NCBI GenBank assembly: GCA_001780275.1 | Contig: MFGB01000020.1 | Coordinates: forward strand, 40,813 to 104,812 | Reading direction: 5' to 3' | DNA: 64,000 bases | Source of the DNA: Candidatus Falkowbacteria bacterium RIFOXYA2_FULL_47_19 | Lineage (GTDB): Bacteria > Patescibacteriota > Patescibacteriia > Patescibacteriales > UBA12075 | In this document: positions 35,391-43,723 of the stretch, piece by piece | Layout: each line of letters opens with the position of its first letter | Position numbering within the stretch: position 1 is the first letter of the stretch | The notes under the pieces: model-generated | The model's input: the letters and a program-made list of their open reading frames with translations, nothing else | Database searches by the model: none | Told to the model about the DNA's origin: nothing | Made by a program: the position numbers and the translations under genes

Positions 35391-36233
35391 ATGTTAAGAG
35401 CCGAACAGCTCCAAAATGCTGCCCTTCAAAAAGCGACACTGGAAGGCCTTTTCCAAAAGTCTAAAAAAGCGTTGGAAGCGGACAAGATATATATGAGAGA
35501 ATTTGTCGATTTATATGGAGAAGAAAATGTTCAGAAAGACGAAGATCGTTTAAAAAGGATAAAGCACTCTTTTAACGATAGCGATCGCGAACAAGGTGTA
35601 GAGGCAAAAAAATTGGCGGACATATTTGAGGCGATTATTTCCGAACAAATAGAGTTAAGCGATTGGTTGGGCGAAAACACTTCGGCCATTCATACCGCCG
35701 AATTTGATGACGTTGTTAATGGAGTGGACGTGATAGCGGAATTCAACGAAGAGGGTAAATCTCCGGATTATATGGGTCTGGCGATTGACGTGTCTTATGT
35801 TCGTGATATCAGGTATAAAATAGAAAAAATCAAAAAAGACATAGATGGAAAAAATTTAAGCCAGATCAAATATTTTAGAGGGGGAAGCGATGATTTTAGG
35901 GGAGAAAAATCCAACATTCCGAAGGTGATCATTACGGCTAATCCCAACACTATACTGGAGTTGGGAGCTTTGTGGCAGAACCGGAAAAACAAAGAACTGG
36001 CCGGACACTATGTGCAATTTCAGATTCTAGACGAAATTATAGTACAACTTGAAGCTTATATGAAATATGCGCAAAAAACCGGCCGGGAAAAGATTGCGGC
36101 GATTTATCAAAAGACGCTTATCAAGATAAAGGAAATTTATGATAATAAAAAACCGGAAGAAAATGATTCCGGTGAGCGCGATTCTTATTTTAAACCGATG
36201 CTGGAAATCGTTGAAAAGATTGAAAATTTATAA
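35391..36233 (+). CDS. Hypothetical protein
   Basis: 280-aa ORF, no family recognised. Confidence 0.55.
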   Translation: MLRAEQLQNAALQKATLEGLFQKSKKALEADKIYMREFVDLYGEENVQKDEDRLKRIKHSFNDSDREQGVEAKKLADIFEAIISEQIELSDWLGENTSAIHTAEFDDVVNGVDVIAEFNEEGKSPDYMGLAIDVSYVRDIRYKIEKIKKDIDGKNLSQIKYFRGGSDDFRGEKSNIPKVIITANPNTILELGALWQNRKNKELAGHYVQFQILDEIIVQLEAYMKYAQKTGREKIAAIYQKTLIKIKEIYDNKKPEENDSGERDSYFKPMLEIVEKIENL

Positions 36234-36234
36234 T

Positions 36235-36702
36235 TCAACTTTCTTTTTTGAAAGTAAAAAAAATCAATAATCCGACGCTCCCTACTATCAGAATATCGGC
36301 TATATTAAAAACCGTAAAATAGCGCAAATCCAGATAATCAATGACAAAACCGTATTTCAGGCGATCGAATAGATTGCTGGCGGCACCAAATATAAGAATC
36401 AGGATCAGTCCGGCCTCCCGAGGCCGGTCTTTTTTTATTAAATTTAAAAAATAGTACAATAAACTTAAAAGTATTGCCAAGATCAATATATTCAGAAAAA
36501 CCCCGTTAAGCGGCAAAGAAAAAGCGATATAACGGTTTTCCGCGAAACTAAACTTAAAAAAATCGCCTATAAGGCCAAACTCCGCCTGTCTTACGGCTAA
36601 ACATTTTAAAAATCTATCCAAGGCGGCAAAAAAAACAGCCGGTAAAAAATACCGGTCTATTTTATGTAAATTCGATAAAAACATAACGGAAAAATTCATC
36701 AT
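36235..36702 (-). CDS. lspA: Lipoprotein signal peptidase (signal peptidase II)
   Basis: GAASNLFDR...FVIDYLD...FNIADILIVGSVGLLIF. The start is taken at the ATG that overlaps the upstream TAA (TAATG), not the longer track ORF. Confidence 0.85.
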   Translation of the reverse strand: MMNFSVMFLSNLHKIDRYFLPAVFFAALDRFLKCLAVRQAEFGLIGDFFKFSFAENRYIAFSLPLNGVFLNILILAILLSLLYYFLNLIKKDRPREAGLILILIFGAASNLFDRLKYGFVIDYLDLRYFTVFNIADILIVGSVGLLIFFTFKKES

Positions 36703-37070
36703 TAACCATTCTGCAATTTCGTTTTGCAGGGCACGCAGGCCGAAGCGACCGGCCTGGCCAGAAGGCGCTTTTTTCCGATCGGCTGATGGCAGTATTTGCA
36801 CACTCCGTAAACGCCCTTTTCTATCCGATCCAGGGCGTTCTCTATGTCGCGAAGAGACTCTTCCAGCACCTTGTCGGTGGCCAGATTGGTCGTATATTCA
36901 TCGATTTCCTGGGCGTTTTCATCAAGCTTATCTCCATAATCCGGAAATTTTACCCTGTTTCCGGTCGAAACCTCTTCCAGGTCTTTGAGTATTTGCTCCC
37001 TTTTCTCCGTTAACTCCTTTTTTATTTTTTCTAAAGATTCTGAATCTAATTTATTGTCTTCGGTAGTCAT
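36702..37070 (-). CDS. DksA/TraR-family C4 zinc-finger protein
   Basis: Coiled-coil N-region plus CKYCHQPIGKKRLLARPVASACVPCK. Confidence 0.75.
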   Translation of the reverse strand: MTTEDNKLDSESLEKIKKELTEKREQILKDLEEVSTGNRVKFPDYGDKLDENAQEIDEYTTNLATDKVLEESLRDIENALDRIEKGVYGVCKYCHQPIGKKRLLARPVASACVPCKTKLQNG

Positions 37071-37100
37071 AAACTATTATTAACTGTTAAAAAAAATTTC

Positions 37101-37109
37101 TTATTCACA
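37101..37109 (+). promoter_or_regulatory. DnaA-box match (TTATTCACA)
   Basis: Fits the TTATNCACA consensus. Confidence 0.3.
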
Positions 37110-37718
37110 AGAAATTCTATTATTATTATATATCGCCACGACAATTTTGGCAAGCTTTCGATAAATGCGCTATTATAAACCTACCATCTGAAATATAAAT
37201 ACAAATTAAAAAGTGGCCCAACTGGGCCCCCTTCTTATGTAAATAGATGAGGTCACTAATGTTGAGCCACAAGCCCCGGATCTTATTAATTGTTCATATA
37301 CAAGATATGAGCAAGAAAATCCCTGATCACGGAGTTTTTGGAGCTTTTTTCCGACTTAAAAGCATGTTTTCTACCAATCAAGCGGTAAATACCGATTATT
37401 TAAAATATTATAATCAGCACTACCTTTTTTTTGTTTTTGTTTTTGTCTGACCATGTCGGATCTGGCCGAAATGATAAGTAGAAAACAGGAAAATTTAACC
37501 AATTTTATCCGCGAATTTTTATAAGCAGATATTTAGGTAAATTTTTCTTAAATTGTAAATAACTTTTTGTTTATTAACCTATTATTAATATACCATATAA
37601 AATTATTTTAGTCAATCCTAAATGAATCTCTTTTTTTACTTATTATTAGACAAAAATTATTAACTGTTAATAACATATTATTTTTTAAGTCTAGGTATAT
37701 TTAGACTATAAATGTTGT

Positions 37719-37750
37719 TTATCCACAATCTTATCCACAATTGTGAATAA
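37719..37750. promoter_or_regulatory. Cluster of three DnaA boxes
   Basis: TTATCCACA (37719-37727), TTATCCACA (37731-37739), and TGTGAATAA (37742-37750), which is the reverse complement of TTATTCACA. A very AT-rich tract precedes the cluster. Confidence 0.55.
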
Positions 37751-37868
37751 TTAAGTCCAGATAAACCTAGACAGCCAGCTCAACCACACTTCATATATGT
37801 TAGTTAGTATTTAAGTCTATAATATTCTGGACTGCATAACAAAACCCCCTCACGTGGGTCTTGAATTG

Positions 37869-38094
37869 AGGCCTGGACCGCCCCGCCATCCGGCGGGGTC
37901 TTCGCCCCGCTCTGCGGGACTCGAGATTTTTCAAACACTCGCCTATTTGCCAAAAGAATTCCTTTAATATTAGGCCTGGACCGCCCCGCCATCCGGCGGG
38001 GTCTTCGCCCCGCTCTGCGGGACTCGAGATTTTTCAAACACTCGCCTATTAGCCAGAAGAATTCCTTTAATCTGAGGCCTGGACCGGATTTGAA
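37869..38094. repeat. 103-bp tandem repeat (two full units plus a third start); each unit begins with the 3'-terminal 12-20 nt of tRNA-Cys
   Basis: Units start at 37869, 37972 and 38075. Units 1 and 2 differ at about 5 positions. Each contains the hairpins ccccgcc-atcc-ggcgggg and cccgc-tct-gcggg. The third copy shares 20 nt (aggcctggaccggatttgaa) with the tRNA. Confidence 0.8.
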
Positions 38095-38252
38095 GGGGCG
38101 GAAGCCCCAAACCAGCAAGTAAACATGTTAAGTTGCGGAGCAAATTGTTTTCAGAAAAAAAATCGCAATTGCCTTTTAAGATCCGGTCTAAACCGGTTCA
38201 AATCATGATCCCGGCCTCAATTCAAAAACCCCCTTACGGGGGTCTTGAATTG

Positions 38253-38324
38253 AGGCCTGGACCGGATTTGAACCGGTGCATGACAGTTTTGCAAACTGTT
38301 GCCTTACCGCTTGGCTACCAGGCC
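38253..38324 (-). tRNA. tRNA-Cys (anticodon GCA), CCA not encoded
   Basis: Minus strand reads ggcctgg-ta-gcc..ggc-a-acagt-ttgcaaa-actgt-catgc-accgg-ttcaaat-ccggt-ccaggcc-t. Confidence 0.9.
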
Positions 38325-38470
38325 GAATAGACTATGCCAGCTTTACATATGTTGTGGGTTTTTTGTATCAATATAAATGTAATATATCAAAAAATACCGA
38401 ATAACACAAGTAAATAAAAATCCCCATTCGGGGTTTAAATAAGCTTATGTTAAAGAAATCGCTTTGTTTT

Positions 38471-39001
38471 CTAGGGCTCTAATATTTCTATCTTGACGTG
38501 CTTTACGCCAAATTTTTTCGCGTCGGTCTTGTCGGCCATCCAAATATCCACCCGATCATCATAACGTTCGTTCATGCGATCCCTGACCGTAAAGACACGA
38601 TCTCCGAATAAATCCGGAATTCGCACCTGCGTACCGAATTTTAGCCAATTAGCGGCAATCGTGTCTTCGATTCCATGTTCACAAACATTAAAACCGTTTG
38701 CCGTCACGCAAGGAGAATCGTCACATTGGTTTTTTTCGGAATTATAGGCGGTAACCGTGCGGTAAGTTATTTTTAATGCTTTCCGGTTTTCGTTTAGAGG
38801 TAAATTATTTATAAATTCTTTGACTATTACCGGCTCTTCAACCACCGGTTCGATCATTTCCTCGTCAATACTGTTTATTTCGATAGCTAAAACAGGGGCA
38901 GGAAAAAGGAAAAAATCAAAAACTATGATAATAATTAATGAAAAAATTATCTTTTTGGCTAGTTTTAAAGAAATATTTTTTTCTTTTAATAACGTTTTCA
39001 T
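38471..39001 (-). CDS. Secreted/anchored 3D-domain (MltA/RlpA-like) cell-wall-acting protein
   Basis: N-terminal TM. The C-terminal TVTAYNSEKNQCDDSPCVTANG...GTQVRIPDLFGDRVFTVRDRM...VDIWM is typical of 3D domains. Confidence 0.72.
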   Translation of the reverse strand: MKTLLKEKNISLKLAKKIIFSLIIIIVFDFFLFPAPVLAIEINSIDEEMIEPVVEEPVIVKEFINNLPLNENRKALKITYRTVTAYNSEKNQCDDSPCVTANGFNVCEHGIEDTIAANWLKFGTQVRIPDLFGDRVFTVRDRMNERYDDRVDIWMADKTDAKKFGVKHVKIEILEP

Positions 39002-39252
39002 GCGTAGTAATCAAATAAAAAACCCTATCATACGTAAACGTATAAAGATAGGGATTTTCTTCATCTAATTTAATCTTATCATACCGCAAAGATAAAGTCA
39101 AGGTCAATTTCCAAAATCTATCATATATTAGCAAAAATTCTCATTAATTTTTAAACTATCTGTAATATTGTTGTTTATATATGAGTGGTTTTGGGTTTAA
39201 TTTATTTATAGATCATTAAAAATAACAATAAACGATAAAAAAGGGGGGGACC

Positions 39253-39765
39253 ATGAAAATCGGCCACGCGCTCATAATCTGCGCTCTGCTTTTTTCAGGG
39301 TGTACTGTTTTTAGAAACGCGACGGTGGAAATTAAAAAAGACGCCGACGGAAAAGTGGTTACTTCGCGTTATAAAAGTACCGAAAGGGGTTTTGTGTCCG
39401 ACCGGGGAGAAAGGGTCGGTGATTGGGCTACGGCGGATTCGATGGCCCGAAGCGGCAGCCAGGAGGAGTTCGTAAACCAGACCGGTAAACCCTTGCACAA
39501 TAAAGGCTATCTTATAAAATTAAGAAATGGTTTATGGCTGGCGAATATCTACTATGGCGAAACCGACGACGAACTATATACTCGGGTGATCATGCATCAA
39601 AACAAAAAAGCCGAACTATACCTGCCGGACGGATATTATCATGTCAGATGGACGGAATTATCCGGCTCCGGACAGGAAATTAAAAGTGAACCCTTTTTCG
39701 TCCGTCCCGGAAAGATCGTTTACTATGACGAGGAGCCTTTGGGCTGGATACAGGGCCTGAATTAA
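39253..39765 (+). CDS. Lipoprotein, function unknown
   Basis: Lipobox LLFSGC at residues 13-18. SD aaaggggggg upstream. Confidence 0.62.
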   Translation: MKIGHALIICALLFSGCTVFRNATVEIKKDADGKVVTSRYKSTERGFVSDRGERVGDWATADSMARSGSQEEFVNQTGKPLHNKGYLIKLRNGLWLANIYYGETDDELYTRVIMHQNKKAELYLPDGYYHVRWTELSGSGQEIKSEPFFVRPGKIVYYDEEPLGWIQGLN

Positions 39766-39775
39766 ATCCAAAAAA

Positions 39776-39802
39776 AAGCATCCGATCTTTAACGGATGCT
39801 TT
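39776..39802. terminator. Bidirectional terminator
   Basis: aaagcatccg-atctttaa-cggatgcttt between convergent genes. Confidence 0.6.
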
Positions 39803-39820
39803 CTTAATATCAAATTTAAA

Positions 39821-40246
39821 CTAACCTCCGAAGGCGCTAGGATTTCCACTCATCGCGGCATCCAGGGCAGTAAAGACAAAATAGGTGATCGAATAAGCGG
39901 CCACGATTATGATCAAGCCTATTACAGCGCGCTTGATCGTGTCTTTGGCTTTTTCGACTTTCTGTTCTTCGCCGGCGGCCGTCATCCAGTTATAGCCGCC
40001 GTATATTATAAGCACGATAAATATAATGCCCAAAAGGCTTAAAAAACCTGTTAATATCGTGGCGACAATACTCCCCGGATTCTGGCCGGAAGCGAAACCG
40101 GCCGCCGTACCCAGGCTATCGCCGGCGCCTATTATCCTGTCCGCGGCATCTCCCGTAAGCAGCGCGGCCTTAACGCCGAAAAACGGAATTAAAAGGAGAG
40201 CGACCGATCCATATCCGAATATTTTTTTTATGATCTTTATTATCAT
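39821..40246 (-). CDS. VirB2/TrbC-like pilin paralog (array member 1 by coordinate, last in transcription order)
   Basis: Start taken at MIIKIIKK, whose ATGA overlaps the upstream stop. Signal/TM, TM1 LSLLGIIFIVLIIYGG, loop YNWMTAAGEEQKVEKAKD, TM2 AVIGLIIIVAAYSITYFV. Confidence 0.75.
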   Translation of the reverse strand: MIIKIIKKIFGYGSVALLLIPFFGVKAALLTGDAADRIIGAGDSLGTAAGFASGQNPGSIVATILTGFLSLLGIIFIVLIIYGGYNWMTAAGEEQKVEKAKDTIKRAVIGLIIIVAAYSITYFVFTALDAAMSGNPSAFGG

Positions 40247-40644
40247 ATTTCTAAAATGATAGCGTTGGAAATGAATTGCCAGATAGCGAACGATCCGACC
40301 ACTATTATAAGACCGATAAGAGCCCGGCTTATCGTGTCTTTCGCTTTCGAAACCTTTTGTTCGTCGCCGGCGGCCGTCATCCAATTATAACCGCCGAATA
40401 ATATCAATACGATGAATATTACTCCCAATAGGCTTAAAAAGGCCTTAATTATGACGCCCACCACGGTTATGAAGGTGTTATTATATTCCCCGTCTTCATA
40501 AGGGGCGTAACCGGCGCCTTCGGTACCTACTTTTTCCAGATTATCCAGCGGCGTAGCGGCAAAAACAAAATAGGGGACGATCAATACTGCCAATAAGAAA
40601 AAAAGTAAAATCAAATGCCGATATTCTTTTATTTTATTCATCAT
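40243..40644 (-). CDS. VirB2/TrbC-like pilin paralog (member 2)
   Basis: Signal peptide ...VFAA, then LSLLGVIFIVLILFGGYNWMTAAGDEQKVSKAKDTISRALIGLIIVV. Confidence 0.78.
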   Translation of the reverse strand: MMNKIKEYRHLILLFFLLAVLIVPYFVFAATPLDNLEKVGTEGAGYAPYEDGEYNNTFITVVGVIIKAFLSLLGVIFIVLILFGGYNWMTAAGDEQKVSKAKDTISRALIGLIIVVGSFAIWQFISNAIILEI

Positions 40645-40673
40645 ATGGTCAAAGTTTAAATATTATTCGGACA

Positions 40674-41078
40674 TCATACTTCCTGCATGGTTTCCGCGCC
40701 GATCTGGCTTAACACGAAATAACTGATAGCGTAAGCGGCTAAGACTATGATCAAACCGATGACAGCGGCCGTGATCAGATTCTTGGCTTTCTCTACCTGC
40801 TGATCGTTGCCCCGGGCGAGCATCCACGTATATCCGGCATAGATCATCAATATTAGAAACACAACACCCACGAAAGATAAGGCGGCCTGGATAACTTTTC
40901 CTATAAGAACGGCCGGATCCGCGTCGCTTCTGTAGCCGGCGCCCGTTGATCCGGCCACGTCGTTTAGGGGCTGCTTGAAGGCATCGCCCAAATTAGCGGC
41001 TTCGGCGGACGGAATAAAAACCGCCAGCAATATTACCGCGGCAATCAAATATTTATTGATCTTCAAAAGTTTAAGCAT
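40674..41078 (-). CDS. VirB2/TrbC-like pilin paralog (member 3)
   Basis: Signal peptide ...SAEAA, then LSFVGVVFLILMIYAGYTWMLARGNDQQVEKAKNLITAAVIGLIIVL. Confidence 0.78.
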   Translation of the reverse strand: MLKLLKINKYLIAAVILLAVFIPSAEAANLGDAFKQPLNDVAGSTGAGYRSDADPAVLIGKVIQAALSFVGVVFLILMIYAGYTWMLARGNDQQVEKAKNLITAAVIGLIIVLAAYAISYFVLSQIGAETMQEV

Positions 41079-41122
41079 ACGTTTTTCGTTCGCTTATAAT
41101 ATATCAGGTTTTTTAAAAATCA

Positions 41123-41527
41123 CTAGCCGACCGCGGTGCTTCCGGCTAATTGCCCGCCGATAAAAACGGTTATGGCATAAGCGAGCATTATTATTATAAG
41201 TCCGATCGTGGCGTTAACGATCGTGCCCTTGGCTTTTTCCGCGACCTGCTCGTTGCCCCGGGCCATCATCCAGGAGTAACCGGCGTAGATCATTATAATA
41301 AGGAAAACCACCCCCAGAAAAGACAAGAGGACCTTGATTATCATCCCGAGCATCTGCGCCGGGGATCTTTGGGTCAGACTGATGGAAGCGTGGCCGGTAG
41401 CCTGTCCGGTTTCTTTAATGCCGCTCTCATCTATAAAACTATAAGCTGAACAATCGTTAACCGCCGGAATCGCTGACAGCAGCCACAAGAAAAAAAATAT
41501 AGAAAAAAATATTTGGCCGTATTTCAT
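41123..41527 (-). CDS. VirB2/TrbC-like pilin paralog (member 4)
   Basis: LSFLGVVFLIIMIYAGYSWMMARGNEQVAEKAKGTIVNATIGLIIIM. Confidence 0.78.
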   Translation of the reverse strand: MKYGQIFFSIFFFLWLLSAIPAVNDCSAYSFIDESGIKETGQATGHASISLTQRSPAQMLGMIIKVLLSFLGVVFLIIMIYAGYSWMMARGNEQVAEKAKGTIVNATIGLIIIMLAYAITVFIGGQLAGSTAVG

Positions 41528-41561
41528 AATAAACTGCCGCCGGACAAGATCCGGATCGTTT

Positions 41562-41948
41562 TTAAGTCGGGGAGGTTAGCGCCCGGCCTATAAATGCGGT
41601 AAGCGCGTAAGCCGCCAAAACTATTATAAGACCGATGGCCGCCTGCTCGATCAGACTCTTCGCTTTTGCGACCTCCTGCTCGTTGCCCCGGGCCATCATC
41701 CAGGTAAAGCCGCCATAGATCACCAAAAGAAAAAAGATAATACCGGTAAAAGCAAGTATCGAACCGACGATCTTGCCTATGGTGGCTGGAACCGTGCCGC
41801 GCGGTACTGTGCCGTAGCCTTCTTTGGCGGTGATATTAAGGCCGTCTAAGGCCTCCTTCCCCGCGTCGGCGTAAACCGTCTGGAAAAACGCCAGGAAAAC
41901 CAGGCTAAAGAGCATAAATACGACAAAATGGGATTTAACGGAAAACAT
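41562..41948 (-). CDS. VirB2/TrbC-like pilin paralog (member 5)
   Basis: Signal peptide ...VYADA, then FTGIIFFLLVIYGGFTWMMARGNEQEVAKAKSLIEQAAIGLIIVL. Confidence 0.78.
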   Translation of the reverse strand: MFSVKSHFVVFMLFSLVFLAFFQTVYADAGKEALDGLNITAKEGYGTVPRGTVPATIGKIVGSILAFTGIIFFLLVIYGGFTWMMARGNEQEVAKAKSLIEQAAIGLIIVLAAYALTAFIGRALTSPT

Positions 41949-42082
41949 AAATTATCAATATGGTTAGAACACTGTTACGGGCATGAACGCGAATCTGCTT
42001 CACGCCCATAACAGTGGAACCCGATTAGAAAAACCGGGTTTCCACAATTATAAAAAAACGTAAAAGATCTTTGTTAAGACGA

Positions 42083-42484
42083 TTAACCCGTGGCGTTCGT
42101 AGCGTTATACAAAGCGTTGATCACGAACTGGGCGATGGCGAAGGCCGCTAAAATTACGACCAGGCCGATAATGCCGGCGGCGATCAGCTTTTTAGCCTCG
42201 TCAACCTTGCCTTCGTCTCCGGCGGCCGTCATCCATTTAAATCCGCCGAAAAGGATCAACAATACGGCGATAATACCTAAAAATCCCAAAAATATGTTAA
42301 TTACCGAACCGGCCATTTCCCTGGGGTCGGTATTGCCCAAACCGGTCGCTGTCTGAACGTTAGATTCAAAACCGCCCCAAAGCATGTTGTCGGCGGCTGA
42401 TTGCGCGTGAGCGGTCAGACCGAAAGCGAAAACCGGTAAAATAACCAGAATTGAAAGCGCTAAAACAAAAAATGTTTTTTTCAT
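42083..42484 (-). CDS. VirB2/TrbC-like pilin paralog (member 6, near-identical subgroup)
   Basis: Start taken at MKKTFFVLALS, preceded by ttgggggtgaat. Contains LTAHAQ, GGFKWMTAAGDEGKVDEAKKLI and the tail ALYNATNATG. Confidence 0.82.
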   Translation of the reverse strand: MKKTFFVLALSILVILPVFAFGLTAHAQSAADNMLWGGFESNVQTATGLGNTDPREMAGSVINIFLGFLGIIAVLLILFGGFKWMTAAGDEGKVDEAKKLIAAGIIGLVVILAAFAIAQFVINALYNATNATG

Positions 42485-42632
42485 ATTCACCCCCAATCTA
42501 TTAATTAACAATTAATATAAACCGTGTCTTTCCGATTAACGGTCTTCCTGCGGCCATAAACGCGAATTGTCGTGTTCATGGCGGCGGAGTCCGCTTTAAA
42601 GCGGACGCCCGCTGATCGAATAGTTTGAATAT

Positions 42633-43034
42633 TTAACCGGTGGCGTTCGTGGCGTTGTACAAAGCGCTGATCACGAACTGGGCGATAGCGAAGGCCGCCA
42701 AGATAACGACCAAGCCGATAATACCGGCGCCGATCAATTTCTTAGCTTCATCAACCTTGCCCTCGTCTCCGGCTGCGGTCATCCACTTGAATCCGCCTAA
42801 AAGTATGATCACGACCGCGATAATACCAAGGAATCCCAATAATATATTGACCACCTGGCCCGCCATTTCTCGTGGGTCGGTGTTCCCCAAACCGGTAGCG
42901 GTCTGTACGTTGCCCTCAAACCCGCCCCAAAGCATATTGTCGGCGGCTGTTTGCGCGTGAGCGGTCAGACCAAAAGCGAAAACCGGCAAAATCACCAAAA
43001 CGGATAAAGCTAAAACGAAAAAAGTTTTTTTCAT
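42633..43034 (-). CDS. VirB2/TrbC-like pilin paralog (member 7, near-identical subgroup)
   Basis: Differs from member 6 at 11 of 133 residues by manual alignment. Has the same SD and the same tail ALYNATNATG. Confidence 0.82.
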   Translation of the reverse strand: MKKTFFVLALSVLVILPVFAFGLTAHAQTAADNMLWGGFEGNVQTATGLGNTDPREMAGQVVNILLGFLGIIAVVIILLGGFKWMTAAGDEGKVDEAKKLIGAGIIGLVVILAAFAIAQFVISALYNATNATG

Positions 43035-43231
43035 ATTTCACCCCCAATCTATTGAATAATAAAAAAATAAAATCGATACTAACTTTAATCTTAAACAAGA
43101 AACTGCAAATCCCTTTTTCGCTCCCGCCGCCATAAACGCGAAGCGCCTTTCGTGTTTATGGCGGCGGAGTCCGCTTTTTAAGTCGGACATCCGCGGATTT
43201 ATCAAAGACAGTAGCAGGTAATTATATAATA

Positions 43232-43633
43232 CTAACCGGTAGCGCCAGTGGCTCCGTATAAGGCGTTGATAACGAACTGGGCGACTCCGAAAGCGGCTAA
43301 GATCACGACTAAGCCGATAACTCCGGCGCCGATCAATTTCTTAGCTTCATCGACTTTCGCCTCGTCTCCGGCGGCCGTCATCCATTTGAATCCGCCCAAC
43401 AATATGATCACTACGGCTATTATGCCTAAAAATCCTAACATGATATTAACGACTTGCGCGGCCATCTGCCGGGGGTCGGTGTTTCCTAATCCGGTCGCCG
43501 CCTGGACGTTGGTTTCATAATTGCCCCAAAGCATGTTATCGGCGTCAGACTGGGCGTGAGCGGTCAAGCAAAAAGAAAAGATCGGTAATACCATTAAAGT
43601 AAAAATCGCTAAAACGAACATTATTTTTTTCAT
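43232..43633 (-). CDS. VirB2/TrbC-like pilin paralog (member 8, near-identical subgroup)
   Basis: Contains LTAHAQ, GGFKWMTAAGDEAKVDEAKKLI and the tail ALYGATGATG. Confidence 0.82.
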   Translation of the reverse strand: MKKIMFVLAIFTLMVLPIFSFCLTAHAQSDADNMLWGNYETNVQAATGLGNTDPRQMAAQVVNIMLGFLGIIAVVIILLGGFKWMTAAGDEAKVDEAKKLIGAGVIGLVVILAAFGVAQFVINALYGATGATG

Positions 43634-43723
43634 ATTTCACCCCCTTTCTACGGACTTGGGAAAAATATCCGATTTAGCTGCTTTTTTCCGTTTTTCCCTT
43701 GTCAAATATATATGACTTTATAA

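Noticed and set aside
37210-37500. Possible small RNA (SRP RNA, tmRNA, RNase P or 6S RNA) in the gene-free region, suggested by a minus-strand terminator ggcccagttgggcc plus T-run at about 37213-37235
   Set aside because: None of the conserved cores I know was found: SRP GGAA tetraloop helix, tmRNA tRNA-like ends, or RNase P GGAAAGUCCGG/ACAGAAA. Only the terminator is visible.
37540-37750. Calling the DnaA-box cluster the chromosomal oriC outright
   Set aside because: There is no dnaA or dnaN nearby, no clean switch of gene orientation, and the site lies beside tRNA-Cys integration scars. It is reported only as a candidate DnaA-binding or origin-like site.
37804-38330. ORFs 37804..38118 (minus) and 38133..38330 (plus)
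   Set aside because: The first is generated by the 103-bp tandem repeat, so its peptide repeats itself. The second overlaps tRNA-Cys on the opposite strand. Neither has an SD.
39821-40384. Longer track versions of two pilin ORFs (39821..40384 and 42083..42511), of lspA (36235..36801), and the upstream track starts of GT4 (28821) and MFS (GTG 52575)
   Set aside because: The extra N-terminal residues overlap the upstream gene or lack an SD. The shorter starts align with the paralogs or family N-termini and have proper SD spacing or ATGA/TAATG coupling.
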